64,000 nucleotides of DNA from Gemmatimonadota bacterium (GTDB lineage Bacteria; Gemmatimonadota; Gemmatimonadetes; Gemmatimonadales; GWC2-71-9). Below, piece after piece: positions 46,440-55,991 of the stretch. Location of the stretch: positions 3,452 to 67,451 of the forward strand of contig JBDHLU010000003.1 of the NCBI GenBank assembly GCA_039656555.1, given 5' to 3'. Below the pieces are notes generated by a model. That model had not been told where the DNA came from. It made no database searches and worked only from the letters and a program-made list of their open reading frames with translations. Position 1 is the stretch's first letter. Every line of letters starts with the position of its first letter. The position numbers and the translations under genes were made by a program.

Positions 46440-47350
46440 CGGTTTCCCCTCTCCGGTATGGGCCATTGCTGCAGCGCGATTCCGGCCCCGGTGGGGTCTA
46501 CGATGATCGCGGTCGTGCCTTGTCGAACGTCCGACCGGGGAGCGAACAGGACGCGTCCACCCAGCCCTTCGACGCGTCGTACGTATGCCGGGGCATCGTC
46601 GACCCTGATGTAGGGAAGCCAATTCGAGCTTACCCAGTCCCACGGGGTCATCGTTACTCCGGCGCGCGGTTCCCCGTCAGTCTCGAGGACAAAGTAGTCC
46701 TGATCGATTCCGCCGTCGGCCTTTTCTTGGGTGTAACCCGCGAGTTGCTGGTAGTAGGACAACGCCGCATCTGTGTCGTCCGTCCAGAGTTCTTGCCAGA
46801 GCCAATCGCCAACGTCGGCCTCACGGTCGATCGGGTCGCCTCCCAGCGGAACGACCAACACCACGAGCGCTCCAGTCGGGTCGGCGACTATCGCAAACCG
46901 GCCGCGGTCGGGCCGGTCCTTGGGATCGCGTATGACAGTACCGCCGGCGCTGACCGTTACGGCGACGGCGTCGTCGACGTTGGGCACTGAGATCCAACTG
47001 ACCCACTGAGAGGTGTTGACATCAGCCTCCTCTGAAATGTCGGCCATTCCCGCCATGGGCCTGCCGTCCAAACTTGCCAGCACGTATCTGGAATCGCCCG
47101 TTGGCGAAAACGTCCACCCGAACAGTTCTCCGTAGAATGTTTGCGCGGCCGTGAGATCGGTGGTGAGTAGATCGCGCCAGACGAACTTGCCGACATGGCG
47201 CTCGTTGGTTGGCTCGGGCGTGATGGAGGGGAGAGGGGGTGTGGAACACGCGGCCAGGACGACAGCCGTCCAGGTGATCAATGCCGGGAGGAGACGCCTA
47301 CGCCCCGTCTGGTGGTATGGTGTTTTGATCTGGGTTGGTGTTCTCGGCAC
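46436..47350 (-). CDS. Two-domain VOC (glyoxalase/bleomycin-resistance fold) lipoprotein
   Basis: The AVVLAACS lipobox is followed by two repeats of the VOC pattern (GKFVWRDLLTTDLTAAQTFYGELFGWTF and WLWQELWTDDTDAALSYYQQLAGY). Confidence 0.7.
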   Translation of the reverse strand: MPRTPTQIKTPYHQTGRRRLLPALITWTAVVLAACSTPPLPSITPEPTNERHVGKFVWRDLLTTDLTAAQTFYGELFGWTFSPTGDSRYVLASLDGRPMAGMADISEEADVNTSQWVSWISVPNVDDAVAVTVSAGGTVIRDPKDRPDRGRFAIVADPTGALVVLVVPLGGDPIDREADVGDWLWQELWTDDTDAALSYYQQLAGYTQEKADGGIDQDYFVLETDGEPRAGVTMTPWDWVSSNWLPYIRVDDAPAYVRRVEGLGGRVLFAPRSDVRQGTTAIIVDPTGAGIALQQWPIPERGNR

Positions 47351-48479
47351 TCGGTTCCTTTGGTGTGATGTTCGCGGGGTCTAGTCCGGTCTTGAGCGGC
47401 GGTTCAGACGTCATTTTGGGAGGCGCCGTTGCTTTCCTTTCGAGTGCGTACTCCACTATTGCCGAAAGAGTTTCCTCGAACTCGTACCCAGCAACATCGG
47501 CGGCCTCCATGAAAGATACTCCCTCGGTGAGATCGGGGTTTGGGTTGACCTCGAGAACGTAGGGGACGTCGTCTGGGCCGATACGAATATCCAGTCGAGC
47601 ATAATCACGGCATTCCGTTACTTCGAAGGCCCTCAGTGTCACCTCTTCGACCCGCGCGAGCAGTTCGTCCGAGATCTTGGCGGGACACACCGAATGCACC
47701 ATGTGATACACCTCGGCGAGGGGATTCCACTTGGCCGCGTAACTGATCAACGGCGGATAGTCTTCCGGCAGTTTGGAGAAGTCCCATTCGATTGGCGGTA
47801 GGACTTCGGGCGGATCGTTTCCCAGCACGCCAACGTGCAACTCCTTGCCGGTGATGAACTCCTCGATAAGGACGGGCGCTCCCCACTCCTCGAGGACATA
47901 GGCGAGGCGGGTCTTCAATCCGTCGAAGTCGTTGACGACCGATCCCTTTTCAACTCCGGAGCTAGCGTCTTCCCGAGCGGGCTTGACGATGACCGGATAG
48001 CGAAGTCCATGGTCTTCGGTGATGTCGGGTTCGTACGTCTTTACGAACCTGGGTGTAGGTATTCCGGCGCCGGTCAAGACGTCTTTGGTGAGTCCCTTCT
48101 TTTGGCAGAGCGATAACGCAAAGGGGGTTGCGCCGGTGTAGGCAATTCCGTAGACCTCGAACATCCCGGCAACGTGCGTCTCGAGTTCGGGATCATCACG
48201 AAAATGCTCGACGAGATTGAAGATCGCATCTGGTTTTGAACGTTTGAGCACGCGTTCGAGCTTGTGCACGTCCTCGGCGATATTCACACCGCGCGCGCGA
48301 TATCCGAGGTGTCGCAATCCACGGACGACGGCATTGTATTCCTCTAGTACTGTCGTGACCTTGATGTCGTATTCGGGTTTGAAGTCCAAGGATTTGGGGT
48401 CAACCTCCTTGAGCTTCTCGTAGACGTCCTCACCGGTATGGTTGTAGAGGACGATGATGTTCGGTCTGGCGTCGGACAT
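47298..48479 (-). CDS. D-alanine--D-alanine ligase-like ATP-grasp enzyme
   Basis: Ddl-like N-domain (IIVLYNH...), ATP-grasp core (YPVIVKPAREDASSGV, LIEEFITGKELHV, VLEVNPNPDL) and a Pro-rich C-terminal tail. Confidence 0.8.
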   Translation of the reverse strand: MSDARPNIIVLYNHTGEDVYEKLKEVDPKSLDFKPEYDIKVTTVLEEYNAVVRGLRHLGYRARGVNIAEDVHKLERVLKRSKPDAIFNLVEHFRDDPELETHVAGMFEVYGIAYTGATPFALSLCQKKGLTKDVLTGAGIPTPRFVKTYEPDITEDHGLRYPVIVKPAREDASSGVEKGSVVNDFDGLKTRLAYVLEEWGAPVLIEEFITGKELHVGVLGNDPPEVLPPIEWDFSKLPEDYPPLISYAAKWNPLAEVYHMVHSVCPAKISDELLARVEEVTLRAFEVTECRDYARLDIRIGPDDVPYVLEVNPNPDLTEGVSFMEAADVAGYEFEETLSAIVEYALERKATAPPKMTSEPPLKTGLDPANITPKEPSAENTNPDQNTIPPDGA

Positions 48480-48486
48480 GGTCAGC

Positions 48487-50565
48487 CTATGGCCAGGTAG
48501 CTCCGTACTCTTCGGCCAGTGCTTGCAGGCCCAGTGGTTCGCCGATGATGGTCAAGCGATCCCCCTCTTGCAGTTTGGTTGCACCGCGAGGCACGATGGA
48601 CTGGCCTCGCCGCCAGATCAATGCTATGAGGCTGCCCTCCGGCATCCGGAGGTCACGCAGTGCCCGGCCGTTGAGTGACTCAGTCTTGGTACCGGCCTGT
48701 ACGACGAGCGAAAGGAACCGATCGTTGCGAAGGAGTACCTCTTTCATTTCCTGCTCGTCGACACTAGCCAACCATTCAGTGGTGAAGTTGTCGTCTTCGA
48801 CGCGTCCGGCAAGTTGCGCGAGGATTCTGAGGTGACGTCCGGGGTCCTTCTCGCCACTCACCAGCATGAAGATTGCCGTGACATCCGCATCATCGATCCG
48901 CAATCCGTCCTTAGCTCTCACCAACGCAATCTCGGATTCATCGAGCGCCGGCAGGCGCACGTGGAGGAGTGCTGAGCCGTGAGCCACTGGAGCTCCCACA
49001 GAGATGCTGCGGTGAAAATCGGCCTCCAGTTCGCTGGCCTCGACCGGCAGACGTTCGGTGAGTCTTTCGCATCCTCTCCTGACGATCTGATCGAGATCCA
49101 CAGGTCCGGCTAGGTCCAACACGTAGGCCCTGGCGACCACCTCGTCAAAAGGATCTTCGGCCCGGGCTCCCTTCTCCTTCATGATATCACGTAGCTCGCG
49201 GTCGAGGCCCGCGAAACGTCGCCGTCCCAATCGCTCGAACACGTGGAAGATTGCCCCGTCCCGTTTGATGTGGTCGCGAGCGTAGTAGTTGTACCAGCCA
49301 AAGCCCACAGCCGTCACGCCCACGGTGAACAATACCGGGAGCCAACCCATCTCTCCGACCAGAACCAAGGCGACAAACAGGCCAATGAACTGTACCCACG
49401 GGTATCCGGGCGATCGGAACTCAGGATCGTACGACTCGATGCGGCTTTCCCGCATGACGATTACGGACACGTTGATGAGTCCAAAGAGCAACAGTTGCAA
49501 TGCGCTCGCGACTTTGGCGACCTGCGCAACGTTCAACGCGAGAAGGAACAAAACCAACGTGCCACCGGTCACGAGGATCGCCGGGATAGGGGTGCCGAAC
49601 CGACTAATGGTGGCTAACTGCTTGGGGAGCAACCCGTCTCTTCCCATGGCAAGTGGGTAGCGAGATGCCGCGAGGATTCCGGCATTCGCCATAGAAGCAA
49701 ATGCGACTATGGCCGAAAGTACGACCAACCACTTGGCGACCGTCGCGGGGATCGAGCGCTCGAACGCCATCGCGGTATCCGCCACCGGCGTGAGACTTTG
49801 GCTGAGTTCATCCACACCCAAGATGGCCACCATGAGGTAGACGCCCACGACGTAGATCACGGTAACGGTCGCTAACGCGAGCGTCATGCCAAGCGGGATA
49901 TTGCGTTCCGGTCGGTGAACCTCCTCTGCCAGGCTGGCAACGTTGGTCAGGCCGATGTAGGAGACAAACACCAGGCCGACGGTGCCGAGGAGTCCGTCGA
50001 TGCCGTTCCGCAGCAGGGGCGAGAAGTCGTCACCTGGCATGAATCCACCCGGCCGCCCGGCCACCTCGACTATTGCGCTGAGTATGAATACGCCGAGTAT
50101 GGTGAGCAGCGTCACGACGAAGATGCGAATCAAGCCACTCGTGCGTCGCGAACCGAGAATATTGAGGACACAAAACACGATCGCGAGCGCAATCGACGTA
50201 CGAAATACCGGTACCTCGATCACGATGGCGACGTAGACGCCCATGCCGATGAGTGCGAAACCACTTTTGAGGACCAAAGTCAACCACGTGCTGAACCCGC
50301 CGATCGTGCCTACGAGAGGCCCGAGCGTTCGGTCGAGGTAGTAGTACGTGCCGCCGGCTTTTGGCATCGCCGTCGCAAGCTCGGCCATGCTCAACATGGC
50401 GGGGATGATCAATATTCCCGCGATGATGTAAGCGATGACCACGCCTGCTCCAGCCTCGGCAGCAGCGATGCCGGGGAGCAGGAAAAACCCCGAGCTGATC
50501 ATCGCTCCGGTAGAGATCACGAAGACGTCGAGCAGTTGGAGTTCTTTGCGGAGTTTCTGTGCCAT
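48487..50565 (-). CDS. APC-superfamily amino-acid permease fused to PTS-EIIA(Ntr)-like and TrkA-C domains
   Basis: About 440-aa 12-TM permease (FVISTGAMISSGFFLLPG...), then a cytoplasmic region with VAHGSALLHVRLP...IALVR (EIIA-2-like), then LRDLRMPEGSLIALIWRRGQSIVPRGATKLQEGDRLTIIG (TrkA-C). Confidence 0.8.
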   Translation of the reverse strand: MAQKLRKELQLLDVFVISTGAMISSGFFLLPGIAAAEAGAGVVIAYIIAGILIIPAMLSMAELATAMPKAGGTYYYLDRTLGPLVGTIGGFSTWLTLVLKSGFALIGMGVYVAIVIEVPVFRTSIALAIVFCVLNILGSRRTSGLIRIFVVTLLTILGVFILSAIVEVAGRPGGFMPGDDFSPLLRNGIDGLLGTVGLVFVSYIGLTNVASLAEEVHRPERNIPLGMTLALATVTVIYVVGVYLMVAILGVDELSQSLTPVADTAMAFERSIPATVAKWLVVLSAIVAFASMANAGILAASRYPLAMGRDGLLPKQLATISRFGTPIPAILVTGGTLVLFLLALNVAQVAKVASALQLLLFGLINVSVIVMRESRIESYDPEFRSPGYPWVQFIGLFVALVLVGEMGWLPVLFTVGVTAVGFGWYNYYARDHIKRDGAIFHVFERLGRRRFAGLDRELRDIMKEKGARAEDPFDEVVARAYVLDLAGPVDLDQIVRRGCERLTERLPVEASELEADFHRSISVGAPVAHGSALLHVRLPALDESEIALVRAKDGLRIDDADVTAIFMLVSGEKDPGRHLRILAQLAGRVEDDNFTTEWLASVDEQEMKEVLLRNDRFLSLVVQAGTKTESLNGRALRDLRMPEGSLIALIWRRGQSIVPRGATKLQEGDRLTIIGEPLGLQALAEEYGATWP

Positions 50566-50589
50566 GAACGACTAACAAACCATTGCCTG

Positions 50590-51693
50590 ATGCGTCAACT
50601 GACTCTACTCGGCGTGCTGGTGTTCACGTGGTCTTGCGGCGGACAGGCCCAAGAACGTGCAGCGAGCACCTCCTTTGCGGAGAAAGTGCAAGCGCTCTCC
50701 GAGCCGGGGGGCTTCTTCGACACCGACAACCTCATCTCGAATGAGCGGTCCTACCTCCACGTTATGGATGCGCTAACGCGCGAAGGGGTCGAAGGCGGGG
50801 CGTACATCGGCGTGGGTCCGGATCAGAACTTTTCGTACGTAGCGCAAATTCAACCCGTAGTCGCCTACATGATCGACATTCGGCGCGACAACATGGTGCT
50901 TCATTTGATGTTCAAGGCCATGTTCGAACTGGCTCCGACCCGGGTTGAGTTTCTGTCGCTGCTCGTGGGTCGCTCAACGCCGCCGGTAGACGATGGGTGG
51001 TCAACCTGGTCGATCGCCGAACTCGTGACGTACTTCGACACCGCAAGCGGCGAACAGGGTGTGATCGACATGGTACGCGCGAGCATTGATAGTGCGGTGC
51101 AGACATTCGGTGTGCCGCTTTCGGACGACGATCGGAGCAACCTCGATCAGTTTCACCGGACATTCATTCGCGAGGGACTAGCACTACGTTTCAACTCGTA
51201 CGGGCGGTCTCCACAGTCGTACTACCCGACCTATCGCGATCTCCTGTTGGAAGAGTCCGTTTCAGGCGAGCGACTGAACTACCTATCCACGAGCGATCGG
51301 TACAGCGTCGTTCGGGATCTGCAACTCGCCGATGCCATAATTCCGGTGGTCGGCGATCTGGCCGGTACTCGTGCGTTGCGCGCCATCGGACGGGACATCG
51401 ACGATCGTGGACTGCGTGTCTCAGCGTTCTACACGTCCAACGTAGAGTTCTATCTGTTTGGATCGGGCACCTTCTCGGCGTTCTCGACCAACGTACGCAC
51501 GCTCCCAATAGATCGACACAGTGTGTTTATTCGGAGTTTGTTCCGGAATCCGTACGGTGGCCGGCATCCCATGACGATTCCGGGATACGCGTCAACTCAG
51601 TTGCTGTGGCCGATCGCGGATTTTGCACGGGCGGAACTGGCGGGTGAGATCAGGTCGTACTGGGATCTTGTCGACCGCTACGTGCCAAACTAG
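50590..51693 (+). CDS. Secreted hypothetical protein
   Basis: The 3' part of track ORF 49915..51693. ATG 50590 gives MRQLTLLGVLVFTWSCGGQA (signal or lipobox). I recognise no family. Confidence 0.5.
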   Translation: MRQLTLLGVLVFTWSCGGQAQERAASTSFAEKVQALSEPGGFFDTDNLISNERSYLHVMDALTREGVEGGAYIGVGPDQNFSYVAQIQPVVAYMIDIRRDNMVLHLMFKAMFELAPTRVEFLSLLVGRSTPPVDDGWSTWSIAELVTYFDTASGEQGVIDMVRASIDSAVQTFGVPLSDDDRSNLDQFHRTFIREGLALRFNSYGRSPQSYYPTYRDLLLEESVSGERLNYLSTSDRYSVVRDLQLADAIIPVVGDLAGTRALRAIGRDIDDRGLRVSAFYTSNVEFYLFGSGTFSAFSTNVRTLPIDRHSVFIRSLFRNPYGGRHPMTIPGYASTQLLWPIADFARAELAGEIRSYWDLVDRYVPN

Positions 51694-54575
51694 CGTCTGT
51701 CTGTAGGTCTTCCCAACCGGGCAATCGCCTCGGTGGCCTCCGTGACAAACGGGCGCAATTCCGGGTCGGCGTGCTCCCATGCGCGAGCGACGAAGGAATA
51801 GGCTTCCATCGCCTCTTGGCTATTCCCCAATCGCTCGTTCACGCGCGCACGCTCGAGCACCCACACCACGTCGATGGCGCGACCGACGGCGAGCGCCGTG
51901 GGAAGATCATCCTCGAGGCGCACGCGCGCATCTTCGGTACGTCCTAGGGCTGAAAGCAGTTGGACTCGCGTCACGCGAGGGAGATAGCAATACGAGCAGG
52001 CCGTATCAGGCAACGCGGTGAATTGTTCGAGCGCAGCCACCGAATCACCACGGGCGAGAGTGAGGTAGGCAGCGACAACAGCTTGCTGATACAGGCCATA
52101 GGCCTCCTTGAGGTTCGAGGGCATTTGATCGAAACCCGGTTGCTGATCTCGGAGTGTTTGCCCCAGCTGCTTCAGGTCGAGTGTGTCGTTCTGCTGCGCC
52201 AACCATGGTGCGTAAAGGTCTGCCCTTCCGTCGTACACGGCAAAGGGTTCGAGCCGGTCTCGCACGCCATCCGCTGAGACATTGCCGAGCAGCCCTGCCT
52301 CGGCAACGAGATCGGGCCAGGGTAAGAACAGGTTGTCGAACGACTCGACCAAATGGCCACGATAGGAGAGCGCTCCAGCGAGACGCCACCGCCAGGCCGT
52401 GTCGGCAGGGCCACCTTCTGCCAGCTCGAGAGCTACTCGCGCCATCCGGATTGCGGTTTCGTCTGCATCGGGCCACCGAGCGAGGATTTGAAAAGCAGAT
52501 TCCAGTGTTGCGAAATCGGCCTGGCGCATCTGGGCGTCGCCGGAAGACCCCCGCGCATCGAGAACGTTGCGCACCAGGCTGATGGCTCGAGCCTCATAGC
52601 CGTCAGGGCTCAGTTCTTGGTACTTCGAGGCATACGCCTCCCACCGGTCGGGTCCGGACAGCCACATGCTGATCTGGAACGCGTGCTCGTACGCAGGGGA
52701 GTAGGCTGAATCGAGAGCAATAGATCGATCGAAGGCCTCGATCATCTCCTTCCATGAGGCGCCGGCGTCGCGTCCTTGGTGAACCAAGGCGTCACCGAGC
52801 CGGTGCCAGAATTCCGGATCACTGGGGTACCGTCGGATGCCCTCTCGAAGCGTCGCAAATCCGCGGCGGTAAAGTTTCCAATATGACGAATCCGGCCGAC
52901 TGTTCATGGCCGCATAGAGCGAATCAGCCGTAACGAGCAGGCTTTCGCGTGGGGCGAGGCCGGCATTGAGGCTACCGGCGAGCAACGCGTACTCTGGCAC
53001 GCGCGGATCCAGCCTGGTTTCCGGTCGCCAACCCAGCGTGCGACTCAAACGTGACAAGGCAAGCGCGAACGTGGAGTCGAGATCTATCGCTTGCTCGTAG
53101 TACGCGAGGGCTGTGTCCCATGCGGAACGGCGGAACGCCTGCTCTCCCCGCAGGTAGGCGCGCAAAGCCGGCAATGACGCGGAGCCAAGGGATGCGCGTG
53201 GGACCGCGGCGACCGACCGCGTGCGACCGAGTTCGCGAAGAATTCCAATCACCAGGGAATCGGCGAGGTGATCCATTCGAGTATCGGGCCCGTTTGCGAT
53301 CACCTCGCCGAGAGGCCGGTCGGCATCGACATCGTACAGCGTGGCTGAGACGCGTACGGAGTCGGGGCCTGCCGAGAGGACGCGCCCATAAATCGCGAGT
53401 CCCGCACCGAATTCGTTGGCGAGTGCAGTCGCGGATGCAGCGTCTGCCCGCCCCGACCAACGCCGGATCGACACGGAGGGTGACACGGTCCTTAGCGCTC
53501 CCGCACCGTCCAATCCAGCCGCCAGCCAATCGACCACTCCTTCGCGCCACAGCTCGTGCGACGGGTAGAGCACGTCGAATGGTGCGATGACCACGAGGTT
53601 CGGATCACGGGTCGAAGCGGCAGACGGTGTGAACACGGAAAAGAGGATGAATGCGATCAAAGCGACGCCGGCAAAGGCGCCAAGGAACCGCGAGCCGGTA
53701 GCCGAAACCAGACGCCGAGCCGGGCTCATCGACTGCGGAGTGACGAACATCTCGATTGATGTGAGAAACTCGTCAGCGCGTTGCCAGCGCTTTTCCGGAT
53801 CCTTTTCCAGGCAACGCATTACCACTGTACTCAGTGTTTCAGGGATCTCGGGTCGAACCTGCCGCACGGGCTCCGGCGTTTCGTTTACGTGTGCCGCCAG
53901 GACGCCTTGTGGGCTGGTATCGGCAAACGGGGGCCGGCCCACGAGCATTTCGTAGGCCACGATTCCAAGCGAATAGATGTCAGCGCGGTGATCGACCTGT
54001 TCACCGGCGGCTTGCTCGGGGGCCATGTACGCGGGTGTCCCAACAGCCATCCCCGCGGTGGTCATGGTGCCGGCTTGTGCCGCGTCGGTCACCGCCTTCG
54101 CGACACCAAAATCCATGATCATTGCATGGCGTCCCGACACGATGATGTTGTCGGGTTTGATATCTCGATGGATGACGCCCTGGCTATGCGCATACGCGAG
54201 TGCGTCCGCAAGGTCTTGGATAATCCGAGCCGCCTCTGCCGGATCGAGAGGGCCCGATCGGCTGAGATGAACTCGCAGGGTGGCACCCTCGACCATCGGC
54301 ATGACGTAGTAGAGAATCCCGTCAACTTCGCCGGAATCAAACAACTGGAGGATGTGCGGGTGGTGGAGACGGGCAGCGATGCCGATTTCCCGAACGAAGC
54401 GCACTCCACCCATCGCTGCGGCCAGCTCCGGCCGGAGCGCCTTGACGGCGACAGTCCGGCGATGCTTCAAATCTTCCGCCTTGAAGACAATGGCCATCCC
54501 ACCGCGACCGACTTCACGATCGATCCGGTAACGCGATGCTAGGGCTGCCGTCAGGTGGGCCTGAAGGTCAGACAC
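51690..54575 (-). CDS. Ser/Thr protein kinase with TM segment and large TPR-type C-terminal domain
   Basis: GRGGMAIV, VAVKAL, HRDIKPDN, DFGVAK and GTPAYMAPE, then a TM helix (GVALIAFILFSVF), then about 600 aa of TPR-like helical repeats. Confidence 0.9.
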   Translation of the reverse strand: MSDLQAHLTAALASRYRIDREVGRGGMAIVFKAEDLKHRRTVAVKALRPELAAAMGGVRFVREIGIAARLHHPHILQLFDSGEVDGILYYVMPMVEGATLRVHLSRSGPLDPAEAARIIQDLADALAYAHSQGVIHRDIKPDNIIVSGRHAMIMDFGVAKAVTDAAQAGTMTTAGMAVGTPAYMAPEQAAGEQVDHRADIYSLGIVAYEMLVGRPPFADTSPQGVLAAHVNETPEPVRQVRPEIPETLSTVVMRCLEKDPEKRWQRADEFLTSIEMFVTPQSMSPARRLVSATGSRFLGAFAGVALIAFILFSVFTPSAASTRDPNLVVIAPFDVLYPSHELWREGVVDWLAAGLDGAGALRTVSPSVSIRRWSGRADAASATALANEFGAGLAIYGRVLSAGPDSVRVSATLYDVDADRPLGEVIANGPDTRMDHLADSLVIGILRELGRTRSVAAVPRASLGSASLPALRAYLRGEQAFRRSAWDTALAYYEQAIDLDSTFALALSRLSRTLGWRPETRLDPRVPEYALLAGSLNAGLAPRESLLVTADSLYAAMNSRPDSSYWKLYRRGFATLREGIRRYPSDPEFWHRLGDALVHQGRDAGASWKEMIEAFDRSIALDSAYSPAYEHAFQISMWLSGPDRWEAYASKYQELSPDGYEARAISLVRNVLDARGSSGDAQMRQADFATLESAFQILARWPDADETAIRMARVALELAEGGPADTAWRWRLAGALSYRGHLVESFDNLFLPWPDLVAEAGLLGNVSADGVRDRLEPFAVYDGRADLYAPWLAQQNDTLDLKQLGQTLRDQQPGFDQMPSNLKEAYGLYQQAVVAAYLTLARGDSVAALEQFTALPDTACSYCYLPRVTRVQLLSALGRTEDARVRLEDDLPTALAVGRAIDVVWVLERARVNERLGNSQEAMEAYSFVARAWEHADPELRPFVTEATEAIARLGRPTDRR

Positions 54576-54660
54576 GGTTGATCTCCGAGGGTGTCCATGT
54601 CCAAGGGTGTCCTGTGTTCGTACGAACGATGGCGAGAAACTGTTCCATCAGGGTCGCCAC

Positions 54661-55413
54661 TCAGCCGAATCTCTCGTCTAGATATCGCTGGATGGCTGAG
54701 AGCGTGTCGGGTGCCCGCCAGCGGTCGAGCACTTTCGCATCTTGGTCTGCCGCAACACTTTGCACTCGGTCCATCGTTGGCTGCCGTACTTGGTTTTTGG
54801 TCAGAACGAAGGTCTCACGCGGGATTCCCTGAAGTCGGTGGGCGATCTCGATTGCGCGAGGAAGCAACTCCTCTTTCGTCACGAGTTCGTCGATCAACCC
54901 CCGCTCGTAGGCCTCCCGCGGTCGGTAAGTTTTGCCCAGGTACACGAGTTCCTGGAGGTGTGCGCGGGCCGAAGCGAAGCGGAGGATCTCAAGGGCGATA
55001 GTGGGAAACGGTACTTGCACACGGAGTTCGGGAACTCCAATCGTTCCCTCTCCATCTACCATAATGCGAAAGTCGCACGCACTAGCCAACACGCAGCCGC
55101 CCGCTATGGCGTGTCCGTTGATGGCGGCGATCACCGGGTTCGGCAAGGCGAACAGCATTGTGAACGTGCGAATGAAGGCGGGGACGAATTCGTCGATATA
55201 CGTATTGCCTCCGCGTACGACGCGAAAGAGGTCAACGCCGGCGGAAAAGATCGAACCAGTGCCAGTGAGGACGATAGCCCGATAGTCCGGTCCTTCGGCA
55301 AGAGCGTGCAGATGCTCGTGCAGAGCGGCAACGAGTTCGACGTCAAAGGCGTTCGCCTTGCCTCGCTGCATGCGCAGTATGGTTACGACACCGTGGTCTT
55401 CGCGCTGGATCAT
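54661..55413 (-). CDS. Enoyl-CoA hydratase/isomerase (crotonase) family protein
   Basis: GKANAFD, TGTGSIFSAGVDL and NGHAIAGGCVLASACDFRI. ATG 55413 avoids overlap with the upstream gene. Confidence 0.8.
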   Translation of the reverse strand: MIQREDHGVVTILRMQRGKANAFDVELVAALHEHLHALAEGPDYRAIVLTGTGSIFSAGVDLFRVVRGGNTYIDEFVPAFIRTFTMLFALPNPVIAAINGHAIAGGCVLASACDFRIMVDGEGTIGVPELRVQVPFPTIALEILRFASARAHLQELVYLGKTYRPREAYERGLIDELVTKEELLPRAIEIAHRLQGIPRETFVLTKNQVRQPTMDRVQSVAADQDAKVLDRWRAPDTLSAIQRYLDERFG

Positions 55414-55429
55414 CGACGACTCGTGGTGT

Positions 55430-55882
55430 CTACGGGACAGCCGTGTAGTGTCCGTGAATGCACAACCACTTGCCTCCTTCGCGGACGAAGATCCGGGTGG
55501 ATTTCCCGCGACTCGTAAACCGGTCGCCTCCCGAGACTCCGGAATCGGTCCAATAGTATACGACCCATGCGACGTTTCCCCGTACGGTGACAATGGGATG
55601 GTGCATTTCGGTGTGGACGTTGGAGGCTCGCGTGAGGTAGTCGCGGATGGCACTCACCTCGAGATCCTTACCCTGGGTGAGGTACACGTCGTTTTCGCCG
55701 AATTGCGTAAAATCGGGATGCACGTATTCAGCGTAGGCATCGGCGTCGCCTCGCTCGATGGCCTGCCACATCGCGATCAACGTGGCCTTGACCGCTTCTT
55801 CGTCTCTGGATGTCTGTGCCCAGACCGGGTTCGGCAGCATCAGTACAACGACAGCAAGAATCACAGACCTTAGCAAACGCAT
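55430..55882 (-). CDS. Secreted SnoaL/DUF4440-like protein
   Basis: MRLLRSVILAVVVLMLPNPVWA signal, then EEAVKATLIAMWQAIERGDADAYAEYVHPDF...GKWLCIHGH, an NTF2-like pattern. Confidence 0.6.
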   Translation of the reverse strand: MRLLRSVILAVVVLMLPNPVWAQTSRDEEAVKATLIAMWQAIERGDADAYAEYVHPDFTQFGENDVYLTQGKDLEVSAIRDYLTRASNVHTEMHHPIVTVRGNVAWVVYYWTDSGVSGGDRFTSRGKSTRIFVREGGKWLCIHGHYTAVP

Positions 55883-55991
55883 GGTTGCCTCTCGACGAAT
55901 CAGTGAACGAGTCAAAGTACAGGTAAATGGATGGGTCGACACCGGTGCCCGATCCAATCAACTTACGGTCAATCCGGACTTGGGGAATGGA

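Noticed and set aside
49915-50589. N-terminal 225 codons of track ORF 49915..51693, and likewise 31768..32553 of ORF 31768..33009
   Set aside because: These portions overlap strong genes: the APC permease on the opposite strand, and DUF819 on the same strand in a different frame. They translate to charged or Arg-rich low-complexity sequence. A signal-peptide-bearing ATG (50590) and a DUF2203 start (32554) give sensible proteins.
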